64,000 nt of DNA from Octopus vulgaris. Its lineage: Eukaryota. The translations under genes and the position numbers were made by a program. The DNA is taken from the NCBI GenBank assembly GCA_951406725.2, contig OX597814.1, positions 177,754,001-177,818,000 of the forward strand, read 5' to 3'. This document shows, one piece after another, positions 14,270-28,444 of this stretch (positions are counted from its first letter, which is position 1; each line of letters starts with the position of its first letter). The notes under the pieces were generated by a model. The model did no database searches, was not told where the DNA came from, and was given only the letters and a program-made list of their open reading frames with translations.

Positions 14270-15060
14270 GTCTTAGGAGAATGCAATCACGACCCCACTT
14301 TGGGCGTAAACATGCATAGCGAAAGGGTTTCTTTTAAGGATGTTGTTTCTCACAGATTGAACATTACTATGGTAAACATTTGTGATGGATCCTAGCCCTG
14401 ATAGATCTTTGTCCACCATACAGTATTCTACAACTAATCCCAGTCCCGTGAGTATAAAGTGCTCATGCATCTCTATCTCACTAAGTGCACAACAGATTTC
14501 ATTGAACCAAATATACTACAGTTGGACACAAACCCTGGAAGGTATTTTGAGTGAAATATCCTACCTTATAAGTGGGGACACTATATTTGGTATATATAAT
14601 GTAAAGCATGAGGTGAATGCCCAAGTGCAAGTAACACGCAAGGCACCTGTTCTTAGGCTGCGTCAGCCGCATTTGGAAAGGATGAACACAAGATCCATCT
14701 TCAGGGACATCAGCGACGATGTCTACGCCGAACTAGTAATTAACTACTTGCGACAACGTGGGTAGGTGGTAAGTGCAAATATAACATTTATTGATATGTG
14801 CTCGAGAGGGATTACCCCTTGTCTCAGCAAGGCTACATAACAATGCCACTATTACCTCTGCAGGACAATACCGTCTCTTTTAGAGAAGACAGAAAGAAAG
14901 TAAGGCGACTATGCTGTTAAGTATATGGAAGCAAAGCGCCCCACGGAAAGCTTCCTGTACAGAAGATCTGAATTCACTAAGTAAAAAGGTTTATATTTAG
15001 GTCTGCCTGAGAGAAGAAAGGACACATCTCTTGTTCAGTTCTCATAAAAAGGAACAATCC
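14270..15060 (-). mobile_element. Highly decayed non-LTR retrotransposon RT fragment (possibly L1/Tx1-like)
   Basis: GC-richer block. Minus-strand pieces PGFVSNCSIF and VYHSNVQSVRNNIL..NPF loosely follow LINE RT motif order; many disruptions. Confidence 0.3.
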
Positions 15061-15929
15061 GTGAGACCCAATTTTGCATTATAATGTTTTAATTCGTCTA
15101 ATTATATACATTATATTTAATTCGTCTAATTATATTTAATTCGTGTAATTATATACATTATATAATGCCTATCTTCCTTGTGTAACTTCTCTGTCTTGCC
15201 GTTCTGTAAGCATACCAGTGCAAAATTTTAGTTGTACTTTTAAAAATCTATTCGAACCCTTCTAGCTAATAAATTATTATTACTAATATTTATTTATTTA
15301 CTTATTTGATAGTTTGAAGCGAGTTTCTGCTGCACCGCCTTGTGCGCTCTCTGTTCAAAACTTGTATGCAGTAATGCATTATCACGTTATTGTGGGATTT
15401 AAATGATTCACAAGAGTACAGAATCTTCCAGTTAAAATACGCAACCAGTGTGTTTTGCAATAAGGTTTGATATGTTCTTTCTTGTTTTACATTAGTGTCT
15501 GTTCTGCAGTGTTTGCTATATAGTTGTGAGCTGTGCTATTTAATTCTATTTTGTTTGGGATATTAACATGATAGAGAATATTACGTATTACTTGTGCTCT
15601 TTAATTTTATCAGGTGCTTATTTGTTGTTCTTTAATAATTATTAGGTGCTGGGTGGGAAAATTGTCTTAATTCAGTTATGTTATCGAAACATATCTTACG
15701 TACGATAAGGGATGTTACAATGAAGCTATTGTTGGTACAGTATATTAAATCCCGTCATGGCTTCTATATTTTTGTTCATATCGTTTTATTCATATTTGAT
15801 GCCCCTGTTATCATTGGTAAAATTTCCACATTCCAGTCCCACATCTTGAATATTTCGATTTCAAGATTCTTCCATTTCGACAGCTGCATTCATTCTCAAA
15901 ATTACACGCCTTGTGCCTCAAATTGGAAC

Positions 15930-16240
15930 TCATAACCATCATCATCATCATCATTAACATCACCAACAGCCTCATCATCATCATCAGCATCCTCCTCCTC
16001 ATCATCATCATCGTCATTAACATCATTATCCTCACCCTCCTCCTCATCATCATCATCATTTACATCATCATCAACAACCTCCTCCTCCTCCTCATCATTA
16101 TCATCATCATCGTCATTAACATCATTATCATCATCATCCCCATCATCATCAACATCCTCATCATCATCAACATCCTCATCATCATCACTTCATCCTTCTC
16201 CTCCTCATCACCATCACCACCATCATCATCGTCATCATTA
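15930..16240. repeat. (CAT)n/(CCT)n trinucleotide array
   Basis: Visible degenerate trinucleotide tandem. Confidence 0.95.
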
Positions 16241-16689
16241 ACCCACCATAATCGTCATAAAACAGCGTCAACAAATATTGCTGTAGTTCAGGAATTCGTA
16301 TGTATACGTTGCATAGCTTCGAGGAAGATAAACAAACAAGGAAGCAAAAACAGAATATAAATAAGATGAGAAAACACAAAATAAGAATAAACTTCAATAT
16401 ACATTAATATTCATTAATGTACTATATGGTTCAAGGACCAATGTGGAATTGACAAATCCATTGCCCCGAAGCTATTCATTTGATCAAAACAATGAGATAA
16501 GTTGCTATTTTTCAGATTGAACTGGTGAGAGTTTTGGTGAAAGCAGCAAGGATGTTACTGTGTTAGACAGAACTGGAACAACTTGAACAACATTTCTATG
16601 AATAACATTAACTTCCAATGGTACCTGATTATGTATGTATGTTTGTATTTACTTAAGTTTGCATTCATGTACGATTGTATGTGCGTGTG

Positions 16690-16728
<39 letters not shown>

Positions 16729-16729
16729 G

Positions 16730-16792
<63 letters not shown>

Positions 16793-16868
16793 GTCTCATT
16801 GTCTGTCTATCAATCTATCTATCTATATATCTAGATAGATAGATAGATAAATAGATAGATAGATTGAT
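16690..16868. repeat. (TATC)n followed by inverted (GATA)n
   Basis: Visible tandem array; strand switch at ~16831. Confidence 0.95.
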
Positions 16869-17284
16869 ACACATATATACGTAAATATATATACATATAC
16901 AAAAATATACAGAGAGAAAGAGAGAGAATAGAGGGGGAGATATACATAAACAAAAAGGGATATGCATATTTATGCGGGGCAATTTTAGTTTTGATGGTTT
17001 TGTGTCTGTGTGTCGTACTTTTATTACATTAAAATTTGTAAGTCGTCTCTGAATTTCGTTCTAGAATGCGTTATTGACATTTCAGTGTGGAAATTCTTCC
17101 CTTGCTCCTCGGTGCTGGAAACAGAGAGGAGACAGTCCATATTTGATAGAATAAATTTATCTATACTTTCTCCCCAAACTATTTAATTAAATATCAGATT
17201 GTACTATGCAAAATATATGTATATATATGTACATATATATATGTATATATATATATGCATATGTATGTATATATATATATATGT

Positions 17285-17331
<47 letters not shown>

Positions 17332-17332
17332 T

Positions 17333-17580
17333 GGAGGCGCGTGGCTTAGTGGTTAGGTTGTTAGTACCATGATCATAAGATTGTGGTTTCGATTGCTGGA
17401 CTGAGCGACGCGTTGTGTTCTTGAGCAAAACACTTCATTTCACATTGCTCCAGACCACTCAGCTGGCAAAAATGAGTAACGCTGCGACAGACTGGCGTCC
17501 CGTCCAGCTGGGGAACACATACGCCATTGAAACCGGGAAACCGGGACCATGAGCCTGGCTAGGCTTTAAAAGGTCGAAAA
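17333..17580 (+). mobile_element. tRNA-derived SINE, second family
   Basis: GAGGCGCGTGGCTTAGTGGTTAGG (A box) and GGTTTCGATTGC (B box). Homologous copy at 52394-52565. Confidence 0.8.
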
Positions 17581-17593
17581 ATAATAAAAATTC

Positions 17594-17661
<68 letters not shown>

Positions 17662-17712
17662 AATGTTCGTCCTTCGGGTTCGAAGATGACCATTGACATC
17701 ATTTGGTGGAAT

Positions 17713-17760
<48 letters not shown>

Positions 17761-17876
17761 GACATGGCTAAGAGGTAAGAATCTTTTTTCACCACATAAT
17801 CAAGGTTCAGTCCCACTGCATGGCAGCTCCACGGGTGTTTTCGACTACAGACTCGGGCCCACCGAAGCCCTTCGTG

Positions 17877-17925
<49 letters not shown>

Positions 17926-17927
<2 letters not shown>

Positions 17928-18424
17928 GAAATAGTGGAACTACAGGGTACTATTTTTGCTGGAAATAGCAGTCGATAAACATTCGATGCTAGAGGTAAGA
18001 CGAAAATATTTGCCTCTAAACATTAGGTGAAGTTTTATCTAGCGTCGTACGGTCATCAACTGCTATTTTCAGCAAAAATGGTACTTTGCTGTGCTAATAT
18101 TTCCTTTTAATATTTCCACCGTTGCGTTGTTATATTTCGCTCGAAAATAATATTATTGTTTTGTAATAATATTTTAATTTCTCATATAAATGTCTTCGAT
18201 TGATCTCTCTTCTTAATATGGCTGGGGCTTCTGGCCGAGTATACAGGCATTGATGTATCAGATGTTTTAAATTTAATCCCCTATGGTAGACCTAACTGAC
18301 GAGCACCAATCAGTTTTACGATAAAAACGTATTCTGAAAATTATGAAACTCGTGTAATGGGTTGTCCATTTCTCAGGCTTTTCGCTGGAAAATAATAGTA
18401 TTTTGATGTAATAATATTCATAAT
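17926..18424 (+). mobile_element. Old (TA)n-embedded PLE-type insertion with a short 5' inversion and decayed hammerhead
   Basis: Inverted arms ~17927-17993 and ~18038-18104. CTGACGA (18296) ... GAAA-CTCGTG-TA (18345-18356). (TA)n on both flanks. Confidence 0.45.
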
Positions 18425-18469
18425 TTATATATATATATATATATATATATTTCTCTCTCTCTCTCTCTG

Positions 18470-18532
<63 letters not shown>

Positions 18533-20084
18533 TTGTGTGTGTGTATGGTAAAACCTAAACACGAGTTTCACAAAGATGGGAATCAGTACTCTCGTAAAGA
18601 AGCAATTATGTTTTGTATTGGAAAAATTCAGTGCTTTACACTCAACAGAAGTCATTATTGATAATCAGGCATTTAACATGCTGATACATACAATGATTTC
18701 TATGTATGTATGCATGTATTTATGTATGTATGTGAATATATACATGTGTATGTATATATACCTATCTTCTAAAATACACACACACACATACACATATATA
18801 CATGCATATGTATACGTATATAGGCATATCTGTTTACACAGTCCCACACAGAGACATACACACACGTACATGTATACATATATCTTTGTTCAAAGTGCAC
18901 TTGGAATGAATTCCGAGAGAGGAATCTAATAGAGCACAAAACACTACGCTTGAACAGTTATAATGTGCAGAAATTCTTTAAAAATTTTCAATGGAAATTA
19001 TTTTAATGAAATGTGTTGTATACTTTAGAGAAATATAATGCGTATTCCTTGAATCGATTTTCAGTATTTGAGGTACACCTAGAAACATAAACATTAGCTG
19101 TAAGAAACAACAGAGATTTCCTATTATGAACTGGATGTATATCTTCGCATAGTTGACTACTATTACCTGATTTATATTCCTTCAAGTAAAAAAAATCATC
19201 TTCAGCTAGTAAGAGAGTTTTACCACACCAATACAAACAGACGGATTGCAAAATCTTCTCACCGTTAGCAGTTATATATAAATGGAAACAATTGAATTAT
19301 CTAAGCACAGAAAGCGTAGATGAAGTAACAAATATTCCTTCCTTTTAATAGGTAACTATCTCAAGAATGCACTACTATACCGAGCTACAATGCCTGACTG
19401 AAAACGATGGAGTACAATGTGAATATAAACTCTTTTTACTTCAAAAGCATTTTAAAAGTATTAATTTTACTAAACTGATCTACAGATTAACTGAACAAAA
19501 CGGCCACTATTTCTAGAAGATGCAGGATGATGTCGAAAAAGCATGTGTACGGAAAGAAATATGAATCTCATTTATTCGCAAGTCGTGAATAACATTATCT
19601 CTATGTAGTTGTTTTTGCGACGTAGAACGTAAGACAAGTGGTGTTTGAATGCAGACATAAGAACAAATATTTCTGAATCTCTTGGGCTATAAAATTTGTA
19701 AAATTACACTATTATGTGTAGTAGACTGCTACCGAATAGCAAATGGAAACTACACTTAATTATAGCGATAACACCAGGCAAAGAATTATCATACTGCAGT
19801 TGGGAAGGTCATTTACACAACTCTGATGATTTTATATAAAAGCTTTAGGAACTTCTCATTGAAAACAAAAAAGCAATATTTGAAAATGTGTTGAGGTTGC
19901 CAAACTAAATGTGTTCGAAAATGTTTTGGTTCAAGTTGAAAAATACAGAGGAAACAATTTTCGCCGGCAGAGGAAGAAAGTCCAAAAAGCGGAATTTAAA
20001 ATACTGAGGACTGAGGGGGGGTCCTTTTAGACATTCTTCTCTCCAGCTTAACAGTATAAAGTATCAGGAGACTTTCATAAGGTC

Positions 20085-20500
20085 ACTAAATTCATTAGAA
20101 ATAGTAAGCAAATCATACATATATCACACCTTAAATAATGGAAAAAGAAAGTTTAATGTAATGCAAAGTAGGATAATATCTGGAAAAAGTCGCGTAGTTT
20201 TTAATTGGTCTTCTCGACTTTCACTCATCTGATGCTAACGAACCAAAGCTACAAGACAACATAATTTTAAAGAGGTCGATCGAAATTCCAAAAATAGCAA
20301 GTAAATTTTACTAAAATATATCCATTCGTTATTTTTCCTACAGGAGAAGGAAACATTGGATAATGTTTTCCTTGATACACTATGCCTAGAAGAGAAAAAA
20401 ACCTAGAGACGGGATTGCTGCGACTTCATCGCCTTTGTATTATAGGCCTTGCTCGACCATGGCTAACCCGAGGCTAAACCTCAACAGTAACAACAAACAC
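20085..20500 (+). mobile_element. Two tandem decayed copies of an old interspersed repeat ending in (AAC)n
   Basis: Both 20090-20260 and 20290-20500 contain aatag(t/c)aag..aaat, ggataat and gcta..acaacaac. Similar decayed pieces near 22240-22360 (-) and 60120-60290 (-). Confidence 0.4.
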
Positions 20501-21087
20501 TTCAATAACAACAATATTGGTTTTGTGCGTAAGAAAGTAATCATTACTGCTATAATCTCTCGTTATATTCTTTATTTTAGTGGTGATTAAACCTAGCAAG
20601 AGAGTAATTAGCAAAATAAAATTGATCCTCCTACACCCCAAACCTCCCAATAAATTTTGTAAATAAATAAACTGATGTAAAAAGTGAAATCTGATTTGAA
20701 TGAACGCCATTGAATAAGTTTTAATTAGAGACTTTGTTTTCACGATAATGTTCTTGGCTGCAAGATTTATGTTATTTTTTCGTCCATCAAAGTTGTTTAT
20801 GCATTTATTTATTTATTTATTTATTTATATATTTGCTGGTCTGGTTGGTTGTTTAAAAAGAAATACCCACCAACCACACTAAGCAGCAGAAATGAAAAAT
20901 TACCGAAAACAAAAGATACAAATTTACAAGCAAAAAATATCTTAATTATTTTTAAAGGCAAAAAAGAGATAAACTACAAATTAATATATATATAAATATG
21001 TGTATGTGTGTGTACGTGTGTGTGTATTCGTATATATATATATATGTATTTATATATACATATATTACACGTACGTGTGTGTGTGTT

Positions 21088-21120
<33 letters not shown>

Positions 21121-21436
21121 CATATATTACACGTACATGCATGTATGTGTGTGTTTAATATATATATATATACACACATATGATTTATATTTGTATGCAT
21201 ATATAAAGTTAAGGCAAGAGAGGATTTAACTCCAAGTGTGGAGGAATAATGTATTGTAGAGAGTTCATGGTATGAATACGAAGATACTATTTTTAAAGAT
21301 ATTGTAGCACTAACTGTTAAACGGACAAATGAAATACCATTCTTGTATTGAACCTTGCTTACAGTTGTAATAATTTCGATTTAATTTACTGTTTATCTTG
21401 CAAAGAGTTGTGTCAGGTTTATATATATTAGGTACG

Positions 21437-21664
21437 ATTTACTCTTTGCTCTTTACTTGTTTCAGTCATTTGACTGTGGCCATACTGGATCACCACCTTT
21501 AGAGGAGCAAATTGACTCCAGGACTTATTCTTTGTACGTCTTTTAATTATTCTATCGGTCCCTTTTCCTGAACCGCTAAGTTACGGGGACGTAAACACAC
21601 CAGTATCTGTTGTCAAGCGATGTTGGAGAGGACAAACACAGACAACATATGCACACATACAAAT

Positions 21665-21715
<51 letters not shown>

Positions 21716-21844
21716 GTGTCCATCTATCAGATCCACTCACAAGGCTTTGGTCGGCCCGAAGCTATAGAAGAAGACAATTGCCCAAGGTACCACGCTGTGT
21801 CACTGAACCCGGAACCATGTGGATGGTAAGCAAGCTACTTACCA
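21437..21844 (-). mobile_element. tRNA-derived SINE (major family)
   Basis: Collinear with 11580-11995; internal (TA)n expansion. Confidence 0.85.
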
Positions 21845-23007
21845 ATTTTTACCAATTATTTGTAAACGAAGAACTTGGATGTCTGAGTAAACCCATAATG
21901 AGAGTCTTATTCTCTCATGTAATTTCTGGATTTTAGGTTTTGTTTTCAGAATCAACGTTGATCTAATTTATTGTTCGTAGTTCCAGGGGTGAAACAAAAA
22001 AGCGCAATGCTTAGATCAAAGTCTAGCCACCAAGTGGTAATGGGACAATATAGGTAATATTTATCTGTTCATATTGATTCACATCTGGATTCAACTGAGT
22101 GCTGTGACACTACTAATGCTCTTATGATATTCATACATTTCAGTGAAACCAATCTGTCTTCTGTTTGAAGTTAAGCCTTGAGCTCGTATAATGAAGAAAT
22201 CATTATATTTTTTACCGATTTTACCATCTTTATTTCTGTTCTTGGTTAGTTTCAGGTCAGTTGTGATCGAGCCGAGAGTTTCATCTGCAATGATTACCCC
22301 TTTTTGTTAGACATAAGTGTATCTAAGACTACATTATTCAGTATACCTTTTCAGAGATACTCCCTCTCTTATAATGTTCACAATTTGTCGAATTATGATG
22401 CTGTGAAATCCACAAAATTTGGCGAACATAGAAGATAGAAGAAGCCAGTTCCATTAGCGGGTATATTTTATTTCTGGATGTGAAATGTTTACTGGCTAAT
22501 ATTATCTCTCACACTTTCTTGAGAATGGCATAGATAGCAAAATTTTCTCTTTTGACCTGTTCCTCCTTTTAACAAAAGGAATCGCTATTAAACGTGCATG
22601 TCATGTACTGACGGTGACTACATAATCTCTGCACATTTTAATCGTCACAATCCTGTGTGTGCTTGAATACATGTTGGAAATCCTTATGAAGAGAGAATCA
22701 CGTATATTGCGGATTGTAGCAAGATTTAATGAATGTTCAAGTACATTATAGACAAGTATTTTATTTTTGAAGTCAGAGAGAAAGGTCTAAAAAAAATGCT
22801 ATCTTAAAGGCATTGGCGATTTATTATTACCGGTCTTTTTGGGGAGAACATGTATTATGTTGCGGTTCAGGCACACTGCCTAACACTTATTGAAACGTTT
22901 ACATACATACAACGAACGCAAGCAAAAAATCCTCACTCACACAGACGCATACTATATATGTATGTATTGTACATGAATAAAGAACTATATAAATATATGA
23001 TATAGGT

Positions 23008-23067
<60 letters not shown>

Positions 23068-23319
23068 GAGTGTGTGTAAGAGGGAGAGAGAGAGACAGGG
23101 AGACAGAGATAGAAAGAGAAAGAGAGGGAGAGAGAAAGCGATCGTGAAAGAAAACGTGAGTGCGAGAGAAAGATAGAGAAAATTGCGTGTGTAAGTTCAA
23201 CACCACATATGACCTCTCTTTTGACGTTTACTAAATTATAGATTGTTAGTATATATCACCAAATTAAGCATTTGATTAAATAAACATAAATTATCTAATC
23301 TACAATCATTGCAACATGA

Positions 23320-23354
<35 letters not shown>

Positions 23355-23835
23355 AATATACATATACAAACGTGCATACATAGAAACGCACATGTACATA
23401 TATATATATACGTAATATACAAATACACGCATGTATGTATGTGTGTGGATGCGTGTTGGGGGAGTGTATAGGTGAAAAGATCATTATCCTGAATATAAAT
23501 TTTCCGAAAACAATTATCTTCTTGGTTGGAAAAATTTGAATATTAACAGAAATATTATTTACCACGTAGTAAAGAATACAAAAAAAAAAACAGTAAATGA
23601 ATAAATTGTCTATATTTCAGAATGCTACTACTCAGACAATGATTGATATAGTTATTATTATTTTGAGAAACAATATAAAAGCTCAAATGAAAAAAAAAAA
23701 AATTAACTAAAAGAAGCCGTCTGACAAGAAAAAATGAAGAGCATAATATAATCTGTATGTTGGTGTTATTTTGAAGATTTTTATCAGAATGGTTGTCTGA
23801 AGACTTAAGCAAATTTTAGTCTATATGCTTGCATA

Positions 23836-23871
<36 letters not shown>

Positions 23872-24237
23872 AATACATACATATGTATATATATGTATAT
23901 ATATATATATATATATATACACATACATACATGCATATATACATACACATATATACATACATATATATATATATATATACATATATACATATATATATAT
24001 ATATAAATACATACATATGTATATATATATATGTATGTATGTATTTGAGAGCGCGCGTTTCAAATATATAAACCATATATATATATATGTGTGTGTGTGT
24101 GTGTTTGTATGAATGTATGTACGTATTGACAGTGTAAGCAAAATAGATTACAACACTTCAGATTATTTACATGACTCGTTTGTCTAACGTATATAATTAC
24201 ACACACGCACACCAGGCACACATGCACACACTCTCCC

Positions 24238-24284
24238 ATATACATACATACATACATACATACATACATACATACATACATACA

Positions 24285-24313
<29 letters not shown>
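24238..24313. repeat. (CATA)n microsatellite within a large TA-rich tract (23830-24340)
   Basis: Visible tandem array. Confidence 0.95.
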
Positions 24314-24330
<17 letters not shown>

Positions 24331-24653
24331 CACACACATAATACACTATGTTATAGCATAAGCAAAAGAGAGACTATTTTCGTAAAAATTTACATAATTC
24401 GTTGATCACAAATCTTGAATGTACATATAAAACACTCACGTATCCTGGTACGCACACTATTGTGCACACGCACTTCCCTCCTCCGTCTATGTTCTTTTAT
24501 TGATGTCCACGCTTAGCATTTGTGTGCTCTCTTCCAGGATGGTCTGGACTTTTGTACTCAAACCTTATAAATAGAAAATCAATGTATATGTATCCCCCCT
24601 TTCAAATCAATGATTCCTGCTTTAGCTACATAGAGTTTCCCTAATTGTCTGCT

Positions 24654-24689
<36 letters not shown>

Positions 24690-24692
<3 letters not shown>

Positions 24693-25865
24693 GGGTGGAC
24701 AAAATAATGGAAACACCTACCATCATAGCATCATAATTTTGAAATATCTATAAAATCATCAAAAGCTTGTTTATTTTTATGCTTTTTTGATTTATTTTTA
24801 GTGTTGCTTAAAATGATTAGCTAAAATTGCTGCTTCTTTCAGATATCATCAGAAAAAGGCAATTAAATTGCATTAAAATGACAGATGTATCGGAATTTCA
24901 AAGAGGTCAAATTGTTGGTGGTCATATGGCAGGCACTAGCGTAACGAAAACAGACGAAATGTTTGGTGTATCAAGAAGTACTGTCTCGAAAGTAACGACA
25001 GCCTTTGAGAAAGAGCGAAAAAGCTCATCGTCGAAACAAAACTCCAGAATAAAACCAAAATTTTTAGAATCTTACACGAATTGTTAGAAAGGATCACAAA
25101 AGTACAGCTCCCAATATTTATGCGGAGCTTAATGACTACCTTGAGAACCCAATTTCCACAAAAACTGTGCGCCGGGAGCTGCACAAAGCCGGATTTCACG
25201 GGAGGGCTGCAATAAGAAAACCACTACTTTCAAAAACAAACGTTGCAAAGCGTTTAGAGTGGAGTAAAAACCTACAGAATTGGTCTCGGATGAGTCATTC
25301 TTTACCTTATTTCCGACCACTGGCCTTGTAAACGTGTGGAGATAGCCAAACGAAGCATTTGATCCAGACTGATTTCATGCAACTGTTAAACATGGATGGG
25401 CGTGGGGGGGCCTATATCTTGGAAAACTACTGGTTTCCGTTCATGGCAGAATTAATAGTTATCTGATCAAATTCAAGCTATGGTTGCAGAACTCTTTCCG
25501 GACGAAAACGGAATCTTTCAGGATGATAATGCACTAATTCATACAGCTAAAGTTGTTACTAAAGGGCACGAGGCACACTCTAGTGAAGTTGAACATCTTA
25601 TTTGGCCAAAGTCCCCAGATCTCAATATTATTGAACATTTATGGTGCATTTTAGAAAAACAAGTAAGGAGTCGATGGCCTCCAACATCAATACTACAGGA
25701 TCTGGAGACTATTTTAGCTGAAGAATGGACAAAATTTCCTTTGGAAACAATTCAAATTTGTACAAGTCCTTACCTCGTAGAATCCAAGCTGTAATTACTG
25801 CCAAAGATGGTTCTACCCTGTACTGAAATAAATTTGTAAATTTGTTTGAAATTTTTAGGTGTTTC
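24690..25865 (+). mobile_element. Tc1-family DNA transposon, decayed, right TIR truncated
   Basis: TA|CAGGGGTGGACAAAATAATGGAAACACCTA left TIR; only TAGGTGTTTC (25856-25865) of the right TIR remains. Contains transposase remnants. Confidence 0.9.
24878..25826 (+). pseudogene. Tc1 (DDE) transposase pseudogene with frameshifts
   Basis: N-terminal HTH MTDVSEFQRGQIVG...FGVSRSTVSKV, SDES (~25286), FQDDNA..H and WP.SPDLNIIEHLW catalytic motifs spread over several frames. Confidence 0.9.
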
Positions 25866-26189
25866 TTTTGGCAGTAATTACAGCTTGGTTTCTACGAGGT
25901 AAGAACTTATATATATATATATATATTAATGTTTATTTTTACGTTGAGATATAATAAAAACAATTTCACGCTATTATCATGGCTTAGTTTATACTTCTGT
26001 AGAGTACAAATTTATTACATTCAAACAAGAATGTTGTTGACAGTGTTTGCCCTGTACGTAGCATAAAGTGTTTTGGTTAATAACACAACACACCGCGTTA
26101 TCTGGGAATCGAATCAGCGATCTCGCACTCATGAGCGCAACACCCGAACTACTAGGTCATGCGTTCTCTGTCTTTAGTTCATTAAAAAA

Positions 26190-26390
26190 AAATTAGAAAA
26201 ATAGACATTAAGAAAAAAAAAACAACAACGCGAGGACGTGGTACATATGACGTTCAGAGAAGGAAAGAAGGCGAGGTAGTTTTACGTTTCGAGCAAAGCT
26301 CTTCAGAAAGAGGAGACATAGGAAAGTCCAAAACAAAAGGAAGAAAGAGGAGAAAGAATCGCTAACAGTCCACGTGTAGTTACATTAGAT
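26190..26390 (-). mobile_element. Short non-coding element with a minimal hammerhead remnant (family B; related copy 46408-46617)
   Basis: Shares acaac(a/g)acgcgaggacgtgg and gtttcgagc..gctcttc with 46441-46540. Minus strand reads CTGAA-GAGC-ttt-GCTC-GAAA-CG-TA (core shortened). Confidence 0.6.
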
Positions 26391-28211
26391 ATATCTGAAT
26401 GTGTGTGTGTGTGCGTGAACTGACAAACACATATGTATGTATAGTTTAAATAATATAATTTCCGACTTGTATATATTAATTACAAATACTACTTATATAA
26501 ATTTTCATTACCGTGGGCATAAAACTCCGCGTAATTAAGATTAGCTAAAAGATCATTTTAAAATATTTTCCATAAAAATCGTATAAATAAAAAATTAGCA
26601 AAAATAGCGTGATAGATGTAAATAGCGAAATAAAGACATCTTTCCTCACCCGATAAAGTAGGATTCTATCCAATTTAATTGCTGCTGTTCTTGACCTGTT
26701 TGCACAAATTATATATTGATTGGTTAGGTAGCTGTAGGGAGTTCATTTGCGTTATATACAGGGAACTTTAGCAAAACGGCTGTATTTTTATTTTTATTTT
26801 TGCAAAGTACTCTCTTTGAGTTTGGAAACTGTTTTGTAAAGCATTGAAATGTTATTCCTGATTGCCATATTGTAATGTTATTAATGTTATTCCCGACTGC
26901 CATTTTGTAATGCTTTGTAAAGCATGATGGTTTTTCCTTCCTGGCTTGTTCTGGAACAGCGGACCTGCATAAAATCTTAGAGATGGACGAGAGTATTGGA
27001 ATGTTCCTCTTGAACATTTTCATCTCAATATTTGCATGATAAACATGGGTACGAATAACCTTGAGAAATGTTTCCATCTGGAGAGGAAAATGTAGTTGCA
27101 GTGTATAGTGTGGCGTGTAGGAATACCGGATATCATATGACTAAGAAAAGGAAAAAATGACGAATGTGTTGCGTATGTTTGAAGTAAGATGGCACTGAAC
27201 CAGCTATTTCTGATTTCCGATTACCAGAAGACATTGTACTGTCGATAGAACCAGTAAGGAGAGGAAATTACATGTGTGAGAGAGCTGTTAAACGATTTCA
27301 TGCTATTTAGTCGCATGGTCTTTCTTAATGGTGGGTCCTACGATTTTTTGAACCCTCTGAATAACTACGTGGGCTTATGTTTTAAAATGTACCTTGTTTT
27401 GCTGAAGTAAGCATGCTGTAGGTATGTCTAACTATCTATCTTTGCTGTTGTGATGTCTTTAATTTTGTAGTTAGATATAGACGGATCAGCAAAAAAAAAG
27501 AAAGAAAAAAATAGGTCCCTATTAGGACACAAATTGCTATGTAAACTAAACAACTGTAAACGCCTTAGAAAGGGAGATAATACATTGAATAACAGTCCGT
27601 GTGAATGTACTCCGTTTGCAAAGAAAAGCGAATAGTGGCGCTGGCCGGAATATTTTCAATCAGAGATTATCTCTATCAGAGCTGAGGTACGTCTAAATGT
27701 CAGTATAATAATTTAGTGGAGTAGATGTTTTTTGATGGCAGAGTGTTTTAAAGAACACTACATTAAATGACACTCTAGCTCAGTAGTAATTTGATCATAT
27801 GATTTCAAAATGTTACGTATGACATTCAAACATACTAAAGATGAAGTTTTTCTAGTAAAAATATATGTAATTATTTCTCAATATCAAAAGTGCTCACGTA
27901 GTTTACAGAAATATCATGAGTAGTTTGCCACCTCCAATCAAACAGATAAAATATCAGCGATAATCGATAGCCATGTTCGATGCTAAGATATAGGGTATCT
28001 CTCAGATACCGTCTCAACCCTCAGCTTGATAGTATTCTGATGTCATCTAGTTGTAGCTTCTTTTTTCAGTCATTGGTCTCAGTCTTAACGGAGAATGTTC
28101 AAATTATCTACTAGGCCGACACTGAGTTGTGGCCATTCCAGTTGCGGCCAGCCTGCCTTTTACTCATGCGTATGAACAGTAACAGTTGTGTAATGTACTC
28201 CTTTAAAATAC

Positions 28212-28444
28212 ATATTTCTTTACTACCCACAAGGGACTAAAGACAGAGAGGACAAACAAGGATAGACAAACAGATTAAGTCGATTATATCGACCCCAGTG
28301 CGTAACTGGTACTTAATTTATCGACCCCGAAAGGATGAAAGGCAAAGTCGACCTCGGTGGAATTTGAACTCAGAACGTAACGGCAGACGAAATACGGCTA
28401 CGCATTTCGCCCGGTGTGCTAACGTTTCTGCCAGCTCGCCGCCT
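28212..28444 (-). mobile_element. Full-length CORE-type tRNA-derived SINE
   Basis: Minus strand: GGCGGCGAGCTGGCAGAAACG..GAGTTCAAATTCC (B box)..GTCGACTTTGCCTTTCATCC..TAAATTAAGTACCAG..GGGGTCGA. Several decayed copies in the window. Confidence 0.85.

Noticed and set aside
14382-14765. 127-aa plus-strand ORF with ordinary composition
   Set aside because: No recognisable domain or splice context; it more likely lies antisense to a decayed LINE fragment.
19060-19430. Possible mariner transposase 3' remnant
   Set aside because: Only a vague resemblance; no TIR or catalytic motif could be read with confidence.
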